Part shown: positions 1-8,772 of the stretch, piece after piece
Position numbering within the stretch: position 1 is the stretch's first letter
Layout of the letters: each line of letters begins with the position of its first letter
The notes under the pieces: model-generated
What the model saw: only the letters and a program-made list of their open reading frames with translations
Database searches by the model: none
Told to the model about the DNA's origin: nothing
DNA from: Cyanobacteria bacterium P01_F01_bin.150
Lineage (GTDB): Bacteria; Cyanobacteriota; Cyanobacteriia; CAKZMO01
Length of the DNA stretch: 64,000 bases
NCBI GenBank assembly: GCA_039189765.1
Contig: JBCCYL010000014.1
Location: 1 to 64,000, forward strand
Direction: 5' to 3'
Translations under genes and position numbers: made by a program

Positions 1-82
1 AAAAAACCTTTGTGTTTTTTTTTATTCTCGCCTCATTCTTTTCTGGTGGGGGGGGGGGGGGGCCCCCCCCAACAACACCGCC

Positions 83-790
83 TTAAAATACAAGCCGAAA
101 AAGCTGGAGTAAAATAATGGGGCGTTTAATGGTTTCAAACTGTATTTTGAACAGCGCTAAGAGATCGTTAAGATTAGGATTGACATCGACCAGAACAACT
201 TCCTGCACCTCATCACTGGCTGCCGAGGTTGAAACCGTGATGTCTTCGTCTTGGGATGGGTCTTCAATATGATCGATAAACGCCTTCACACCTTTAGTGG
301 GGGTCAGTTCTCCCTGCAATACCTGGGTATACAGTTGATCTCCATAGAATCGGAGGCGATCCAAATAATATTTTTCAGATATGGGAAATGAAACAGCAGT
401 TTTGACCGTTTCGGCAAATGTGTGGATGACAGGCAGCAATCGCTGATCAACAACAGTTTTAATATTGACTGGAGTAATCGTATGCTCCTGTCCTGAAATA
501 AGCTCCACTTGCTGATCGGGCCGCAGCATAAATTGGGCAAAATCGAAGGCGACTTGCTTATTTTGATCCGAGGCATGGGTGTTCATCACCAAAACATCCG
601 TTTCCAAATATGCGGAGGGCATTCCTTCTGAATGTTGAGGTAATGGAGCAACTCTCAAAGCATCTCCCAGTTCTTCCCGCAGAGGGACAAACTCAAAGGT
701 CCAACAGGGAAAGTAGGCAATCTTACGATTAGCAAATAGGCCATATAGGACTTCTGGACGATTTTCAAGATAAACAGTCAGTATTTGCTT
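83..790 (-). pseudogene. Fragment of an extracellular solute-binding (ABC sugar-binding-like) protein, probably disrupted
   Basis: ORF 83-658 (LRVAPLP...AFDFAQFMLRPDQQ...GELTP) resembles the C-terminal half of SBP family 1. The frame stays open upstream to about 805, where a TAA interrupts it. Its stop at 83-85 lies inside a copy of the dispersed repeat (ccgccttaaaatacaagcc, 78-96). Bases 1-77 look low quality. Confidence 0.45.
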
Positions 791-1150
791 TGCTTGGGGT
801 TGTGGGCCTTAGCCCTTCAGCCATAATGGAAAAGAGGGCCAATTTGCAGGAATAATCTTCAGTTGGCAACAATACAATATGGATTGCCGCAACATTCTAA
901 TAAAACTAAAGCTTTAAGATTTAAATAATATTCCTATAGACGTTTTTGTATAAAGTTTTGCTTTTACGATTCTTTAGTTGGACCACACTACATTATCTAT
1001 CAGGTTTTCACCTGAAAGTGCATTATCTAGAACCAGTCACATATTCCTAAGAGATACTTTGTGTTTCTTCTGTTTTTAACGTGGTAGTCGATTTCACCGG
1101 TCACCCCGTCAAAAGCGCACTTATCAACTGTCATTGACAATTTTGATAAA

Positions 1151-1188
1151 AAGATGCATTTTAAATACATGTATTAGAAATACATCTT
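1151..1188. promoter_or_regulatory. Tandem overlapping NsrR-type operator (38-bp imperfect palindrome)
   Basis: AAGATGCATTT-T-AAATACATGTA (1151-1173) overlaps TACATGTATTA-G-AAATACATCTT (1166-1188). Both match the 11-1-11 NsrR consensus AAGATGCATTTnAAATGCATCTT. A TTGACA -35 box lies at 1134-1139, and the site ends 18 bp upstream of the Rrf2 gene. Confidence 0.8.
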
Positions 1189-1206
1189 TTAAGTGACGGT
1201 TCTTCT

Positions 1207-1659
1207 ATGCAATTGAGTCTCCATTCAGACTTTGCCTTACGCCTTCTTATGCAGCTAGCGGTCAATCCTGACCGCTTATGTACCATTGCCGAGGTGGCCG
1301 ACACCTATCAAATTTCTAAAAATCACTTGGTGAAGGTTGCTCATCTGTTGGTGCGAGAAGGGTTTGTTGAATCTGTGCGGGGCCGTTCAGGTGGCCTAAG
1401 ACTGTCTAAGTCCCCATCAATGGTGACGATTGCTGAGGTTTTACGGGTTACGGAAAACGACTTGGCGGTGCTGGATTGCCTCCAGGACTGTCCAGCAAAA
1501 TCCTGTCCCATAGACGCCTGCTGCCGTCTAAAAGCTGCCCTGGCAGAAGCAACTGAAGCGTTTCTGGAAGTTTTAGAGGGCTACACCATCGAAGATACAG
1601 TCACAGAAAATCGGACGTTGAAGAGCCTTTTGGCTCTATCAACAGGATCCGCAAGCTGA
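1207..1659 (+). CDS. nsrR: Rrf2-family Fe-S transcriptional regulator, NsrR-like
   Basis: MQLSLHSDFALRLLM, ISKNHLVKV, SVRGRSGGLRL and a C-terminal Cys cluster (DCL..C....CPIDACCRLK) are typical of NsrR. A cognate-type operator lies upstream. Confidence 0.8.
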   Translation: MQLSLHSDFALRLLMQLAVNPDRLCTIAEVADTYQISKNHLVKVAHLLVREGFVESVRGRSGGLRLSKSPSMVTIAEVLRVTENDLAVLDCLQDCPAKSCPIDACCRLKAALAEATEAFLEVLEGYTIEDTVTENRTLKSLLALSTGSAS

Positions 1660-1745
1660 ATCTATGGACCCCGATTTATTGTCCCAATTTATTTCCCCCA
1701 ACGTATTAGCTCACAACCGTTTTATTCATAAAAGGAGAAACAATC

Positions 1746-2207
1746 ATGACGAACGTAACTGAGGCAAGAAAGGTTGATGACCCAACGCTGGTTGCAGAGC
1801 AGCTTTTAGAAGCCCTTGAGAGGGTTTTGGTTATTTCCAAAACTGATCTTCAGGGAAACATCACCTATGCCAATGATTTGCTTTGCGAGTTAACCGGATA
1901 CACCCAAGAAGAAGTCATTGGGCAACCCCACAGCGTGGTTCGCCACAAAGATGTGCCAAAGGAAGTGTACAAAGACATGTGGGATACGATTCAAGCGGGC
2001 AACATCTGGACTGGGGTATTTCCAAACGTTGGTAAAGGGGGAGTTCTCTATGTTGTTGATACCACCGTGCAGCCGATTAAAAATGAAGCAGGTGAAATCG
2101 TTGAATACATTAGCATCCGGCGCGTTATCAATGACTTGATGGCAGACTTCGAGAGCATTGAGTTTTCCAAGGAGAAGTACGACGAGTATTACGGTACAGA
2201 CGAATAA
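1746..2207 (+). CDS. Stand-alone PAS domain protein (Aer/NifL-type, likely flavin-binding)
   Basis: ISKTDLQGNITYAND..CELTGYTQEEVIGQPHSVVRH..MWDTIQAG.IWTG. Strong RBS AAGGAG. No output domain. Confidence 0.85.
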   Translation: MTNVTEARKVDDPTLVAEQLLEALERVLVISKTDLQGNITYANDLLCELTGYTQEEVIGQPHSVVRHKDVPKEVYKDMWDTIQAGNIWTGVFPNVGKGGVLYVVDTTVQPIKNEAGEIVEYISIRRVINDLMADFESIEFSKEKYDEYYGTDE

Positions 2208-2225
2208 AGGATAAGGGATTGGTAA

Positions 2226-2277
2226 AACGATGGTGTGGGCGCTTAGCACCTACGCCACTCGCCTAACGCTGATGCCC
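2226..2277 (+). repeat. Partial copy of dispersed hairpin MITE/REP-like element
   Basis: AACGATGGTGTGGGCGC..GCACCTACGCCACTCGCCTAACGCTGATGCCC aligns with the copies at 31649-31717 and 36364-36443. Confidence 0.65.
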
Positions 2278-2319
2278 AGCGATAGTGATGAAAGATAAAT
2301 AATCGATGGAGAGGATAGC

Positions 2320-3915
2320 ATGTTTGAACGTACAATACTGGCTTTTGGCTCGGAGTCAGGCAACGCGAAGCAACTAGCTAAACGTTTGTCTAACCAGCTA
2401 CAGCAGCAATCACAAGATGTAAGCTGTGAAAATCTTGATGACCTTAATTTGGATCATCTTGACTCCAATGATCTCTTACTCGTGATTACCAGTACCTTTG
2501 GGGATGGTGCGCCTCCGGGCAATGCACGAGCGTTTGCTAAGCAGTTATCAGCGATTCCAACAGTTTCCCCTTTCCAATATGCGGTTTTTGGTTTGGGTGA
2601 TGTCGGATATCCTAAGTTCTGTGAGTTTGGCAAAACGGTGGACTCTGGCCTTTCAGAAAAAGGAGCACGTCGGCTGGTCAATCGGGTTGACGCAGACCTT
2701 GATTACCCATACTTTTTTACCCGCTGGGAACATTGTATTTCGGATATTCTTGCCGGTAAGCGAAATGATGGCTTGGATCTAACCCTAAAGGTGGAAGCCT
2801 ATAGTGAAAGTCGCCCATATTTGGCTACTGTCAATAGCGTAGAGCCGCTCAATGATGGTTCCAATGGCGATCGCTCCGAAGAAAATCATACTGAAGCCAT
2901 CTATCACATTGATTTGAACCTCTGCAACAGCGACATAAATTATCGAGCCGGTGATTTACTCTATGTTATCCCTGATGATGATGCTAACCTCCATGCAGAG
3001 CTTGCGGATTGGTTTGGGCCGGATGAAGATATGGCTCTATTGGCCGGAAAAGAGCTGCGCATCCTCGGTAAGTCATTACTGAGAGGGCTAGCGACTGCCT
3101 CTAGCAATAAAGCACTCAAGGAAAATCTTAAAGTCAAAAATAAAGCAGCCCTTGCAGAGTATCTCCATGGGCGAGATCTGTTAGACGTCCTTGGAGACTG
3201 CGGTGAGCCTGGGTTTATCGGCGTTACCGCCCTTGCAAAGCTTTTGCCATCACAAAAGGCCCGTGCCTATTTAGTTGCCTCGTGCGGTGTCGCGGAAGGG
3301 GGTTCAAAAGATAGTGTTCATTTGTGTGTTCGCGATGTCACCTATCAAACCTTCGGCCGAAATCACAATGGAGCCGCAAGTCACTCCTTGTGCCAAGCGC
3401 AGCCAGGTAATCAGCTCAAGGTATTTGTCAGATCTAATCCGGAATTTTGGCTGGCGCCAAAACCAACGGAACCTGTCCTGATGATCGGTGAAGGAACGGG
3501 AATTGCACCCTATATTGGCTTTCTACAGGCAATTGAAAATGCATCGGACACAAGGGAGACTATGCTGATTCTGGCAGGTCAACATCAAGCAAAAGATTTT
3601 CCCTATCAATCTAGTTTGACTCAATGGCTTGAGAGGGGTGTCCTCAATAAGTTGAAAACAGCCTTTTCAACGGATCCGGCGCAATATAACGTGCAGCAAG
3701 CCCTTCTAGATGCGGCTCCTACTATTTACCAAATGCTTGAAAATCATGCTCATATTTACATTTGTGGCAGTAAGCAAATGCTGGACAAGCCCGTTGATGA
3801 GGCACTGCAAAAGATAATCCAAAGTCAAGGGATGTGTGACGAGGTAGAGGCGGACGATTGCCTCCAGCAGCTTTACAATGATGCTCGAATACACAAATGC
3901 TGGGCAGCGAGTTAA
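2320..3915 (+). CDS. Diflavin oxidoreductase (flavodoxin + FAD/NAD(P)H domains; CysJ/NOS-reductase-like)
   Basis: Flavodoxin motifs FGSESGNA, TSTFGDGAPPGNA and VFGLGD.GYPKFC; FNR-type MIGEGTGIAPY and IYICGS. Confidence 0.85.
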   Translation: MFERTILAFGSESGNAKQLAKRLSNQLQQQSQDVSCENLDDLNLDHLDSNDLLLVITSTFGDGAPPGNARAFAKQLSAIPTVSPFQYAVFGLGDVGYPKFCEFGKTVDSGLSEKGARRLVNRVDADLDYPYFFTRWEHCISDILAGKRNDGLDLTLKVEAYSESRPYLATVNSVEPLNDGSNGDRSEENHTEAIYHIDLNLCNSDINYRAGDLLYVIPDDDANLHAELADWFGPDEDMALLAGKELRILGKSLLRGLATASSNKALKENLKVKNKAALAEYLHGRDLLDVLGDCGEPGFIGVTALAKLLPSQKARAYLVASCGVAEGGSKDSVHLCVRDVTYQTFGRNHNGAASHSLCQAQPGNQLKVFVRSNPEFWLAPKPTEPVLMIGEGTGIAPYIGFLQAIENASDTRETMLILAGQHQAKDFPYQSSLTQWLERGVLNKLKTAFSTDPAQYNVQQALLDAAPTIYQMLENHAHIYICGSKQMLDKPVDEALQKIIQSQGMCDEVEADDCLQQLYNDARIHKCWAAS

Positions 3916-3994
3916 ATCCGAGAATACAAAAAGTAGAAAATGGCAAAACCTGTACCCAGAAGAATCTAAGCCGCAGACACGCCTCCAACACTCC

Positions 3995-4468
3995 ATGACT
4001 ACCGTAGAGCGAATGCAGTCTTCTATTGTTTCGGTGAACCCCCAAGACTATGATGAGATTCTAAACCTGATGAGACGAGTAATCTGTACTGATATTACTC
4101 AAGACCAAGCACTGCAAGACCATTACATTGACAATGTGACTCAAAATCTAAAAGGGTGGTTAATCCATCCTAAAGCAGGCTGTCATCTTAAAGCCGTCCA
4201 AGGTGAAATTATTATTGGAGTGATTCTGATTAAAAACTTTTGGAATCTCTGTAATCTATTTGTCGCCTCGGAGTATCAGAGCCAGGGAATTGGCAAAGCA
4301 TTGGTAAAAGAAGCGATCGCCCAATGCCGTCAATACAGCGACGAACAAGTTATTTACGTTAATGCGGCTGCCAACGCTATTCCCTTCTACAAAGCCTTGG
4401 GATTTATCCCCAGAGCCAGCAACAAACCCCAGCCTCCGGGGGTTGAGTCCATGCGTTTTCTACTCTAA
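3995..4468 (+). CDS. GNAT family N-acetyltransferase
   Basis: LFVASEYQSQGIGKALV acetyl-CoA motif and NAIPFYKALGF. Start is ATG 3995 or 4013. Confidence 0.85.
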   Translation: MTTVERMQSSIVSVNPQDYDEILNLMRRVICTDITQDQALQDHYIDNVTQNLKGWLIHPKAGCHLKAVQGEIIIGVILIKNFWNLCNLFVASEYQSQGIGKALVKEAIAQCRQYSDEQVIYVNAAANAIPFYKALGFIPRASNKPQPPGVESMRFLL

Positions 4469-4534
4469 ATTACCCCCCGTCGGCTGCGACAGAATCATCC
4501 TGCATCAACGATGGAAGGCTCTGATGCATGAACT

Positions 4535-5080
4535 TTAGCGCTGCTGCGCTTGGGCAAGGGCCGCCTCCATCGCGGTTAATTGGGCTGTAGATTGTTCCAA
4601 TTGGCGATTGATGTCGGCTATTTGCACATTGGCATTTTGGAGCTGTTGGTGATGGTGATTTAGCTGTTTCTTTAACTGCTGGCCTTGGGTTTTCAATGTG
4701 TATACTTGGGTACTCAAAAACGCGATCGCTCCCAGTCCTACTAATGTCGTTAGCCAATGTCCTACCCTCATCCATTGCTGACCTAAGCGATGATGTTGAC
4801 GAACCACCGATGGGACCTTGAGCGGTCCCTGGGAGTCTATCGCTCCCTGATATTGAACCATTGCCCGTATCCGATCAAGCAGTTGCTGGGATGGAGCATG
4901 GAGAGGCACAATATCGGCAAACTGATTAAAGGTCTGCTGCATCGATTTAACTTCAGCTTCTAGGTCAGGATCCTTTATACATAGGGCTTTCCAAAGCATC
5001 CATTCCTCATCACTGAGGTTATTTAAAATAAAGCCTGCGGTTAAATCCTGCCAGTTTCTGGGTCGTTCGGGTTGAGTCAT
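4535..5080 (-). CDS. Anti-sigma factor (RskA/anti-SigK-like N-terminus, TM helix, coiled coil), short C-terminus
   Basis: WQDLTAGFILNNLSDEE...PSQQLLDRI pattern, one TM helix, coupled to the upstream ECF sigma (TGA-T-ATG). Confidence 0.65.
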   Translation of the reverse strand: MTQPERPRNWQDLTAGFILNNLSDEEWMLWKALCIKDPDLEAEVKSMQQTFNQFADIVPLHAPSQQLLDRIRAMVQYQGAIDSQGPLKVPSVVRQHHRLGQQWMRVGHWLTTLVGLGAIAFLSTQVYTLKTQGQQLKKQLNHHHQQLQNANVQIADINRQLEQSTAQLTAMEAALAQAQQR

Positions 5081-5081
5081 A

Positions 5082-5690
5082 TCAGACAGCTCTAATGCGA
5101 GTATGGTGTAGCTTGATAAGAGCTTTACGAGATCGATGCTTTGCAATTTTGGGAGGAAGATGCAAACGCTTCGCCAATTTTTGGGAATGGCTTACTTCAC
5201 AATATGCCAACTCCAGAATATCTAGGTCTCTTTGAGGCAGATGCCCCAGAAATTGTTTGGCCGCAGCCGTATTATCTCTATGCTCTAAATGCCATTCTTC
5301 CAGCATTAGCTGAGACGATGTCAGGGCGGGTTGACGGGGTTTCCAAGGAAACCAGTGGCTTAGCTGTTTGGCGATGGCATAGATCCATCCCCGACGCTTT
5401 ATCTGGGTAAAGGCCCGCGAACGGGTCAGGGTCATTAAAAATGAATCCATGGCTTCCTTATCCGGCTGCCATGCATCAGTCAGCAATAGCTCAGCAAATA
5501 CTTCCTGGGTCATGGCCTCCGCTTCTTCTGCATCGGCCAACATTTTATAGGCTAGGCTATAGACTTTAAACCCATAGCGTTGAAATAGAACATCAATTGC
5601 TTGAACCTGACCATCCCGCAGGGCATCCAGAACACTTTTATCTGATTGATAATCCAGGGTCACTATCATAAAAGAGTCAAAAGTTTCCAT
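5082..5690 (-). CDS. ECF sigma-70 factor (SigK-like, divergent)
   Basis: Region 2 LFQRYG.KVYSLAYKML...AEAMTQEVF...LTRSRA and region 4 LPQRDLDILELAY..SHSQKLAKRLHLP. Confidence 0.75.
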   Translation of the reverse strand: METFDSFMIVTLDYQSDKSVLDALRDGQVQAIDVLFQRYGFKVYSLAYKMLADAEEAEAMTQEVFAELLLTDAWQPDKEAMDSFLMTLTRSRAFTQIKRRGWIYAIAKQLSHWFPWKPRQPALTSSQLMLEEWHLEHRDNTAAAKQFLGHLPQRDLDILELAYCEVSHSQKLAKRLHLPPKIAKHRSRKALIKLHHTRIRAV

Positions 5691-5724
5691 CGTCTACCCT
5701 GAAAACATGTTGAACATAATCATT

Positions 5725-5794
5725 GGCTTGTATTTTAAGGCGGGATACTGGGGCGCGAAGCGCTCCAGTATCCCATTGAATTAAGTTTTCAGCC
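5725..5794. repeat. Variant copy of dispersed hairpin element
   Basis: GGCTTGTATTTTAAGGCG followed by the hairpin GGGATACTGGGGCGC-GAA-GCGCTCCAGTATCCC. The terminal 19 bp are the reverse complement of 78-96. Confidence 0.6.
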
Positions 5795-6006
5795 TAATCA
5801 GTGGCCTTTGCTTCGGCAAATGTATGAACTATCGATAATTTTGCTTTGTCTTAGGATAAAATCCAGGCTGTACGATGTACGACTATAGCAGCATGTTTTA
5901 TGTTGTTAAGCCTGATCGTTACATAACACTTTTCATAGAAAAGAACGTTTATCCGAACACTCGCCACACGAATTCCAATTCTTTGCTCTTTTATTTTTGG
6001 GACATC

Positions 6007-6730
6007 ATGCCCGATCAAGACATTGAACCATCTTTTACCCCCTCAAAAGCAGAATCCTCGCGAAAGAACTTTTCACCCTTATCAGAGTTTTGGGCGGGTT
6101 CGCGAGATATTCTGCCGCTTATCGTAGGAGCAATCCCCTTTGGCACCATCTTCGGTACCCTTGCTGTTAGTAAGGGCTTCTCGATCGCCGCAACGGTAGG
6201 GCTGTCGTCGATCGTCTTTGCTGGTTCATCCCAATTTATTGCGGTGGGAATAATCGCTGCGGGAGCAGGATGGTTGCTGATCGTTTTTACTGCTTTTATC
6301 GTCAACCTACGCCATTTACTCTATGCCGTCGCCCTTGTCCCCCACGGTCAATACCTGCGACAGTTCTCCATATAAGCACCGGTACTACCTTGGTACAGCG
6401 TTGACGATGTACGTTAACTGGCAAATCAGTACCTGGGTTGATATCACATTAGGCCAGGCTATTCCCAATGCCACCAAGTGGGGATTGGACTTTGCCATGT
6501 CTGCAATGTTTATCGGGATGGTTATTCCCTATATAAAGACCAAGCCTATGGGGATAGCCGTTACGGTAGCCAATGGGGTAGCGTTGCTAACCTATTCGTT
6601 ACCCAACAGATTAGGACTGATGGTTGCAGCGATCGCAGGCATTGCAGCAGGCACCTGGGGCGAAACCATTTTAGCAACGCCACCCCTCTCAAAATTCCCT
6701 TCTGTAATCGAGGATGAACGCCATGACTGA
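6007..6730 (+). pseudogene. azlC: AzlC branched-chain amino acid permease, frameshifted with internal deletion
   Basis: The N-half (FAGSSQF, NLRHLLY) is in the frame ending at 6375. The C-half (MYVNWQIST..G...GLDFAM.AMFIG) is in another frame. The usual LTDE segment is missing. Confidence 0.8.
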
Positions 6731-7049
6731 AGTTTTGATTGCAATGGGTATGGCGATCGCCACTTTTTCCATGCGCTACGTCATGTTTGGCTTCAGCCAA
6801 ACCATAACCCTGTCTCCCAGCATTATTAACGCGCTTCGCTATGTTCCTCCAGTCGTTCCTACTGCAATTGTCGTACCAGAGGTTCTATTGCAAGATGGAA
6901 CCTTACAGGTGACGTATATGAACGCTCAACTAGTGGGGGCAGTCGTAACCTGTGCCTTAGGTAGCTTAACTCAGAATCTCCTACTCACCATCGTGCTTGG
7001 CATGGCCGCTTTCTTTAGCTGGCAAGGAGTTCTGACGCTGTGGGGCTAA
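6714..7049 (+). CDS. azlD: AzlD family membrane protein
   Basis: ATFSMRY..ALRYVPP...LLLTIVLGM, directly downstream of azlC. Confidence 0.85.
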   Translation: MNAMTEVLIAMGMAIATFSMRYVMFGFSQTITLSPSIINALRYVPPVVPTAIVVPEVLLQDGTLQVTYMNAQLVGAVVTCALGSLTQNLLLTIVLGMAAFFSWQGVLTLWG

Positions 7050-7084
7050 TGGCTAACCTTGTATCTTGAAATTACAGGGAGACA

Positions 7085-8044
7085 CTAGACTGCCGCTAGA
7101 TGACTGCGCATGGTGCCACACTGCTCACGCAGGCGCTTAAAGGCTGACTTCTCAATTTGACGGACCTTCTCTCGATTCATATTGAGACGATCGCCAATCT
7201 TAACAAAGCTCATCTTGTTACCATCTTCTAGGCCAAAGTGAAGGGAAATGACTTCTTTCTCCTGAGGAGTCAACGTATCGAGCATTTTGGAAATATCAGA
7301 ATTAATAGTCGTTTGAGTGACATAGTCTTCAGGAGAGGCATCCATATCTTCAATCAATTCTGCTAACTCAGTGTCCTGATTGTCACCCACCCGCAAATCC
7401 AACGACAAAGGAGGACGGGAGTAAGACAGATATGACCTAACTTTTTCGACGGTTAAATCTAGTGAATCAGCAATCTCATTCACCGTTGCAACTCGGCCCA
7501 ACTGCTGGGATAGCTGGCGCTGTACTTGCTTGACCTTGTTGAGCTTTTCATGGATGTGAATGGGCAGACGAATGACCCGGCTCTTCTCAGCAATTGCTCT
7601 GGTGATGGCCTGACGAATCCACCAATAAGTGTAGGTAGATAGTCGATACCCTTTTGCTGGGTCAAACTTTTCGACGCCGCGCTGCAGACCAATATTCCCT
7701 TCCTGTATGAGGTCCATCAGGTCTACGTTTCGCTTGATATATTTTTTGGCAATAGAAACGACTAAACGTAAATTTGCTTCTACCATTTTACGCTTGGCTC
7801 GCTGCCCCGCATTCACCGATTTTTGTAAAGCTTCCGGTGTCATATCAGCAGCATTGGCCCATTCACTAAGACTAGGGATGTCTCCAAATGTATCGGTCAA
7901 ATTGGCTTTAATGTCCTCCAGCGCCATCAGCTTTTGAACAGCCTTACCATACTGGACTTCCTGCTCGTGGGTCAGCAAAGGAACACGGCCTATATTCTTC
8001 AAGTACGCGGTAACTAAATCAGGATGTAATGAATCGGTTTTCAT
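7085..8044 (-). CDS. Group 2 RpoD/SigA-family RNA polymerase sigma factor
   Basis: YLKNIGRVPLLT, MVEANLRLVVSIAKKY, DLIQEG.IGL.RGVEKFDP.KGY, YWWIRQAITRAI. Lacks region 1.1. Confidence 0.95.
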   Translation of the reverse strand: MKTDSLHPDLVTAYLKNIGRVPLLTHEQEVQYGKAVQKLMALEDIKANLTDTFGDIPSLSEWANAADMTPEALQKSVNAGQRAKRKMVEANLRLVVSIAKKYIKRNVDLMDLIQEGNIGLQRGVEKFDPAKGYRLSTYTYWWIRQAITRAIAEKSRVIRLPIHIHEKLNKVKQVQRQLSQQLGRVATVNEIADSLDLTVEKVRSYLSYSRPPLSLDLRVGDNQDTELAELIEDMDASPEDYVTQTTINSDISKMLDTLTPQEKEVISLHFGLEDGNKMSFVKIGDRLNMNREKVRQIEKSAFKRLREQCGTMRSHLAAV

Positions 8045-8456
8045 GCGTCAGCTCTCTTAAAACTACAGGTTACAGAAGACGTGTAAGACAGAGTGACTGT
8101 CATTGTGAAAAGTAGACAAGAACTGCCGGAGACGATGTCTGCGTGGGGCTGAAGCTGACATCAATCTCTGTCCTTCAATATTTTATATTAATTAATGTAA
8201 ACTTTTCCCAGAAATATCTGTAGTTCGGGAAACCGCACTTTTTCGATTCGGTTTACCGTATAGGCGCATGCATAGATACAAGTCTATGGCTTCGCTTAAA
8301 ATTCTTTTGGAGCTTAGGTATGGTGGAATATGCTATCAGTATTTGATCATACTCCCTTAACCTGGTCAATTAAGATGTTTATGATAAACAGTCGTTTAAG
8401 ATAACTTAGTAAAAGTTTATAAATCGATGTAAGCCTTAAGGCTATGTGAGGAATAG

Positions 8457-8717
8457 ATGGGAAGTGTAGATCTTGCCTCTTTAGATGGAGAAACTATCGA
8501 TCGCGTCGTCGAGATGGCTTGGGAAGACCGAACGCCCTTTGAGGCGATTGAGATTCAGTTTGGGATCAAAGAGAAGGATGTGATTGCGGTGATGCGGCGC
8601 TATATGAAGCGTTCCAGTTTTAAAATGTGGCGAAAGCGGGTTACGTCACGCTCCACAAAGCATACGCACAAGCGAGATTTCCTGGTGGGGCGCTTTAAGT
8701 CCCAAAATCAAAAGTAG
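8457..8717 (+). CDS. TIGR03643/DUF2805 family protein
   Basis: IDRVVEMAWEDRTPFEAI..QFG...SSFKMWRKRV signature. Confidence 0.85.
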   Translation: MGSVDLASLDGETIDRVVEMAWEDRTPFEAIEIQFGIKEKDVIAVMRRYMKRSSFKMWRKRVTSRSTKHTHKRDFLVGRFKSQNQK

Positions 8718-8772
8718 GCTGAATCCTTTAGGGTCAAGTATTGATGCAGAGAACAGATTCTAGGTGCGTAGG

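Noticed and set aside
1..77. Poly-T, poly-G and poly-C runs that could suggest a G-quadruplex or phase-variable tract
   Set aside because: They look like low-quality contig-end sequence. The G-run/C-run sits where the hairpin of the dispersed repeat should be, so it is probably a misread of that element.
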